A stretch of 62,964 nucleotides of DNA, the filler included, from Stramenopiles sp. TOSAG23-3 (lineage: Eukaryota): the NCBI GenBank assembly GCA_900128585.1. It is 45 parts of 45 records of this genome, joined end to end, with 100 filler letters (N's around TTAATTAATTAA, not from the genome) between each part and the next. Parts side by side here need not be neighbours in the genome. Positions count along the whole stretch, not along the records: positions 57,505 to 58,795 come from LT646094.1; positions 58,896 to 60,186 come from LT646095.1; positions 60,287 to 61,575 come from LT646096.1; positions 61,676 to 62,964 come from LT646097.1; 41 more parts are not named here. The stretch is one strand, 5' to 3'. Under the pieces are notes generated by a model that was not told the origin of the DNA, did not search any database, and was given only the letters and a program-made list of their open reading frames with translations. Below are positions 57,979-62,964 of this stretch, piece by piece. The first letter of the stretch is position 1, and every line of letters begins with the position of its first letter. The translations under genes were made by a program, and so were the position numbers.

Positions 57979-58795
57979 TTAGCTCCCGCGATACGTACTG
58001 TAGCCGTATGGATTCAGCAGCAGCGGGATATGGAAATGTTGGGACGGATCCTCTACAACAAAACATATGACGGCTTCGGGGTAAAACGCCTTTGCATTCA
58101 ACGTATTGTAGTATCCGGCAACGTCAAACGTTATTCTGTAGGTTCCTCTCTGGAACAAGCTCAGCGTGTCATAAAACCCGGGCAACAAATCAGTCACGCG
58201 ACCATCACTATTTGTAACCCCTGTCCCAACGGGTATCCAACGCGAAGGTGCCACTTCAAACTCCATACGAATCGTCACGCCTTTTGCTGGCAAACCCAAC
58301 GACGTATCTAATATGTGTGTGGTCACAGGGGACACCACCAGAATGTCATCTTCCGAAATGCTGGCAGGCTCAACAAAACGGCAAAGCCGCAACGCGCTGA
58401 TCAACATGGTTTGCTCCGCACAGCGCCTAAATTCCTCTTCCACCGTTTTGGGGGTTCGCGAGAGCACCTCCAAAAGCAACCGTTCCGGGCTTTTTCCAGC
58501 AGCAAAGGTTATGCATTTGTGCCCGTGCTTTGCCTCGTACTCCACGTTTGCCGTCTCTATCTGCAAAACTACACCACGAGACGCCCGGTCCATTTCTTCT
58601 TTCTGTTCCGCAACCTTCGCACCCAGCGTTCCGTGACCTGCAAACGCTTCTTTCCAACCAGTCGGGCCTAGACTGAACCATGATTGGGTGGCAGCGCTAA
58701 CAGCCCCTGCAATGTCGTCGTACGGCCGTCCGTCAGCGACTTGATTGGCCCAATCATGGCAATTGCATATGCTGTACAGTGCTTCCAACAAATAC
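57979..58795 (-). CDS. Bifunctional OHCU decarboxylase / 5-hydroxyisourate hydrolase (transthyretin-like), 5' partial
   Basis: WKEAFAGH, NVEYEAKHG...AAGKS; TTHILDTSLGLPAKGV, TNSDGR, FYPE, HFHIPLLLNPYGYSTYRGS. Confidence 0.95.
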
Positions 58796-59283
58796 NNNNN
58801 NNNNNNNNNNNNNNNNNNNNNNNNNNNNNNNNNNNNNNNTTAATTAATTAANNNNNNNNNNNNNNNNNNNNNNNNNNNNNNNNNNNNNNNNNNNNAACGA
58901 AGCAAAAAAACAACTGTAAAGAAAGTCACGAAAAATATTGAACAAAATGTTGGTGAAAAATACACGAAATCCCAGATTTTATCTTCATTGAGTTCAAATG
59001 AAAAAGAGGAAAGCAAAGATAAAAATGTGTCGCATCATACGTATAAAATTGATTCACAGGATTCGGTGTATTCTCTTTTATTACGTGTTGGATTTTACAT
59101 GGGGAAAATGTAGGTGTTCATCATTATTTTTTTATAATTGTTTTTTTTTCATAGAAAATTTTGTACCTAACGATTTTTTTACAAAACAAAAATATTTTTT
59201 CTTGATACACAACAAATAATATAGAAAATAATAAGTGTAATTTTTATAATGATAATCTACCACGAACACTAACCCTAGACTCT

Positions 59284-60186
59284 TTGATGTATGCAGCATC
59301 AATTTTGTGGGACATGCATTCCGCACAATTTACCCATTGTGATTCGTTAGGTACGAAATTTGGTACGAATGAGAAGCAAAAATTATTACATTCAGATAGC
59401 CTAGAAAAGTGCGAGTATTTTTTATTTGGAGACATTGATAATCCAACGCAAAAGATAACATGGTCAGTCTCAGATGGCGTCTTATTTGAAAGTGATGATA
59501 CGAATTCCACTAAACGGGGTGTCACTCAGCAAATTCGAAATTTGTTAGGTACAAATTCTAGTTCCAAAAAAAAAAATTTAATTTCAAAATTACCAAGTAC
59601 CGCCTCTTATTGCACAGATTCTGCTGTAGTGAATTTTAGTAAAGTATCAAACATAAATAGATCCGATGCTGTAACTGCATCAACACTATCATCAACTGCA
59701 AATAGTTTTCCAAAGCGTAGTGGAAGCTCTTATATAACCAATCGGAAGGGAAGCTTAATTGATTGTTGGCCTGAAGATACAGAAATATATGATACAAAAA
59801 TTTGTGATACAAAAATGTGTGATACAAAACTATCTAGCGCAAAAAGTATGATAAATCAGTCAAAGAAGTTGCAAATATATGATAATTTCGAGGAATTTGA
59901 TCCTTCAAGGTCATCACAAGAAGTTGGTGTAATTTCACTATTCCCCCACTCATATGAGTTTGTATCTCCTCAAAAGTGGTTGTTCGAACAATCTAATTCC
60001 AACCCTAACGAAAAAAATCAAAAAAGCACAAATGCTAGAATGGGTGTAAAATCAATAAAACCTATGGAATTGCCATCTACTGGTCACCAACAAAAGATTG
60101 ATCGTGAAGAATTAATGAAAGTATTAAAATGTGTATCCCCTCAAAAAGATGATGATGGTAATCGTAAATATTGTATAAAACGTCCA
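59284..60186 (+). CDS. AT-rich, Ser/Asn/Lys-rich hypothetical protein, partial
   Basis: About 300 open codons despite very low GC; short DTK(I/M)C repeats. Confidence 0.6.
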
Positions 60187-61483
60187 NNNNNNNNNNNNNN
60201 NNNNNNNNNNNNNNNNNNNNNNNNNNNNNNTTAATTAATTAANNNNNNNNNNNNNNNNNNNNNNNNNNNNNNNNNNNNNNNNNNNNCAGTCTTTTAGAAT
60301 TATGCTATTAACCGGATCTACTTCCTGAGTGAAGTCCATGCATTCATTTTACAGAAGAAGAAAGATCCTCCTCAATAACTCCGAGTCTTGCTTGCCCCGC
60401 CGGCGGACAACATCATTCTTCTTCTTTTTTTTTCATCAGTCCTCCATCCACTCTCCCTCCTCCTCAATGCTGTATGCTGTATGTGGTTTATAATTTAGAT
60501 CCTCTGCAGTACTTTTTAGATATGTCTTCTTCTGCCTTCTGCTGTAATTTAATAATTATTATAAATTCCTGGTGCGGTCCTGGTACCTGGTACCGTACCT
60601 GGTCATAATTTGGATAGGGATAATATGGGTATTCTATAAAATTGGTAGATTCTTGAAATAAAACCGAAATGTTGTAATGTTCATTCCAACATCCAATTTT
60701 ATTCCGTAATGCTATGTTTATGTTATGAAGAACTATACCGTCTGCTGCTCTGACTTGTCTGCTTTATGAGAGCTGTACGTAGAGTGTCTTCTATATTTTT
60801 TTTTATATATTCAATATAAATAGTTTAAATTCAAATTGTTGTTACTTTATACTCCTCCTCATTCGTATTTCGTATTCTTTGTTTTCTAATCTCATAGTCA
60901 GTCAGTCTGTTATGTATTATAAAATTCCAAAAATGGTTATATGATGTAAATGTAAAAGAATGTTTTAATTGTGGCTAAGCCTAAATGGCGTAAAGGGGAA
61001 TAAAATAATAAAAGTAATATGAATTGATGTCTTTCTCTATTTTAGTTTCTATACTATATTGGTGTTAAATACTAATTTCTGGTGATGAAGGAGTTGAACT
61101 TTATAGGTACACGACACTGTCTTTTGATAATTAAGGTATAGATTTGTTTAAGTAAGATTTATATCTATATATTCTTATAAATCATTTTTATAATGCCTTA
61201 ATTTTTATTGTAGTTAGTAGTAGAAGAAGAAGAAGAAGTAAAGAAACGATTATTTTATATTTTTTTAATTTATTATTTGGAGTTTGGAGGAAGAGGAGTA
61301 TATATATGAGAACCGAGAACCGAATTTTCATTTTCTTTCTATAGATGAAGCATTAAGATTTACCGCCGGCGAAGAGAATTTCAGTGGCAAGCACCCCAAG
61401 ACAACAAAAACGATTTAACGGTAAAGAGAAATTCCTTTTTATTCCTAAATTTCATATTGTATATTAACAAGTACCACACTAAC

Positions 61484-61575
61484 ATGCCAAATCCAATTGC
61501 CATACCAGAATTTTACGCAGGGAAGAATATTTTCCTCTCTGGCGCCACCGGTTTTTTAGGAAAGGTGTGTTTGGA
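61484..61575 (+). CDS. Fatty acyl-CoA reductase (male-sterility family), N-terminus
   Basis: Hand translation MPNPIAIPEFYAGKNIFLSGATGFLGKVCL. Confidence 0.85.
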
Positions 61576-61676
61576 NNNNNNNNNNNNNNNNNNNNNNNNN
61601 NNNNNNNNNNNNNNNNNNNTTAATTAATTAANNNNNNNNNNNNNNNNNNNNNNNNNNNNNNNNNNNNNNNNNNNNG

Positions 61677-62081
61677 AAGATCCTGTCCATTGGACGCAAC
61701 CACCTGAAGAAGATTGAAAAGTTGGAAGGGATAGCAGGCTCGCTAGAAGAGCTTTGGGCGTCCTACAACTCGATTTCGAGCCTAGACGGTATCCCCTCAC
61801 TCTCAAAGTTACAAGTGCTGTACCTTTCAAACAACAAGGTAAAGAGCTGGGACGAGTTAGATAAATTGCAAGCCATGTCGGATCTGAGGGATATTCTGTT
61901 AATAGGCAATCCAATTTACGAAGCATTTACACCTGAGCAGCAGCGCGTAGAAGTTTTGAAGCGATTGCCACAGCTGACCAAGATCGACGGCGTGGTGGTC
62001 ACTCCAGGCGAACGAGAGATGGCAGCTGGAGGAGGCTCCATCCCTCCCTCTGCTAGGTCTGGAGGAAAGAGTCCGCGGTAA
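61677..62081 (+). CDS. DNAL1: Axonemal dynein light chain 1 (LC1), 5' partial
   Basis: KILSIGRN.LKKIE.L......LEELWASYN.I..LDG...L.VLYLSNN...W.E...L......L.GNP.Y...LP.L.KIDG. Confidence 0.93.
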   Translation, partial: KILSIGRNHLKKIEKLEGIAGSLEELWASYNSISSLDGIPSLSKLQVLYLSNNKVKSWDELDKLQAMSDLRDILLIGNPIYEAFTPEQQRVEVLKRLPQLTKIDGVVVTPGEREMAAGGGSIPPSARSGGKSPR

Positions 62082-62964
62082 ATGCAATGGATTTATCCGT
62101 CCAACTATGGACTTCCCAGTCCCTGCCGCTGAGTTCGAAATCATCTTGCCGAAAGTCATCGCCGTTGCACATATTTAATAATACAGAAATATTTTCTTCC
62201 TATCACTTCCATATTTAACTACATAACGGATGGTATTGTGATGTATATAAATTCAATTTTAGTACATTTTGCCATAGGTAAATCAAACGTTCGCTTCCCC
62301 ACGGTGGTTCGAAACTGTAAGGATATGTAGCCATATTGTGCGGACGTAATTGTTCCTAACTATAGTGACAAAGTAATGAATATTGATCTTGGGGGAAATC
62401 CCTACCTTAAACATCATGATGAAATTCCAAATCGCTCGGGAGGAGTGAGGAGCGTGTAATAACATAATACTCTACCTCCTGGTAAAATTGTACACAATAA
62501 TATATAGAAGCTTGCGTGTTCATGAAACAGGGCTGGTCTCTGTGTGGGATTCCCTTCGTTCAACTCTGGCCAGACACGAGTAGATGGGCGTTGGGTGGAC
62601 GCATCACACCCGAGACAGGGAGGACACCCTGGCTAGACCTTGGCCGTCTAACCTTATTTTGATGGGGAGAGGGCCGTGAATTTTAACATACACAGTTTTT
62701 AAAGAGTATCTTCCATTAACTTTATTTTTTATAAAAATAAGCAGAAAATATAACCACACAGACCAATTGTACTCCGATTCATACCAAGCAGGCACCCTTA
62801 TCTCAACATTTGGCAGGGCGCGTGGGTCACGACTGCACCGCGCATTCGGGCGGAAACTTTTCACTTATATGCATAGGAAAACTTCAAAGAGGCGAGCGAA
62901 CGGGCTTACTTCTTCTTTCCGTTGGCCATTTTATAGTGACCACGCATCATCAAAGCTGCAGATG

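Noticed and set aside
57979-58795. OHCU decarboxylase-HIU hydrolase fusion as a novelty
   Set aside because: This fusion is already known from plants, algae and some bacteria.
62283-62964. Short minus-strand ORFs after DNAL1
   Set aside because: No recognisable motifs; could be exons but cannot be supported.

Overview
This window is not a continuous locus. It is a concatenation of about 45 short contigs (about 1.29-1.32 kb, sorted by decreasing length) joined by artificial N-TTAATTAATTAA-N spacers, as in the short-contig tail of a metagenome-assembled genome. Content is mainly intron-poor genes of a flagellated microbial eukaryote, probably a stramenopile (inference): BBS5, dynein light chain LC1, a divergent dynein heavy chain, PEX12, P4-ATPase, CLC, cyclic nucleotide PDE, HECT ligase, VWA8 and urate-pathway enzymes. 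Most genes are cut by contig ends, and neighbours across spacers are not linked. The strongest signal is a tRNA-Trp(CCA) gene at 27057-27191 whose T-stem is interrupted by a 63-nt GTAAG...CAG insert that looks like a spliceosomal intron; removing it exactly restores a 72-nt cloverleaf. Other points of interest: two convergent VWA8 paralogues, a frameshifted SMCHD1-like GHKL ATPase, an in-frame TAG or 15-nt micro-intron in a dynein heavy chain, a virus-like contig with a minimal Rab GTPase and palindromic TATA-like elements, a collapsed 409-aa tandem-repeat fibre protein, a gingipain-like C25 peptidase and a cysteine-less IscA-like protein. All family calls come from motif recognition, not database searches.
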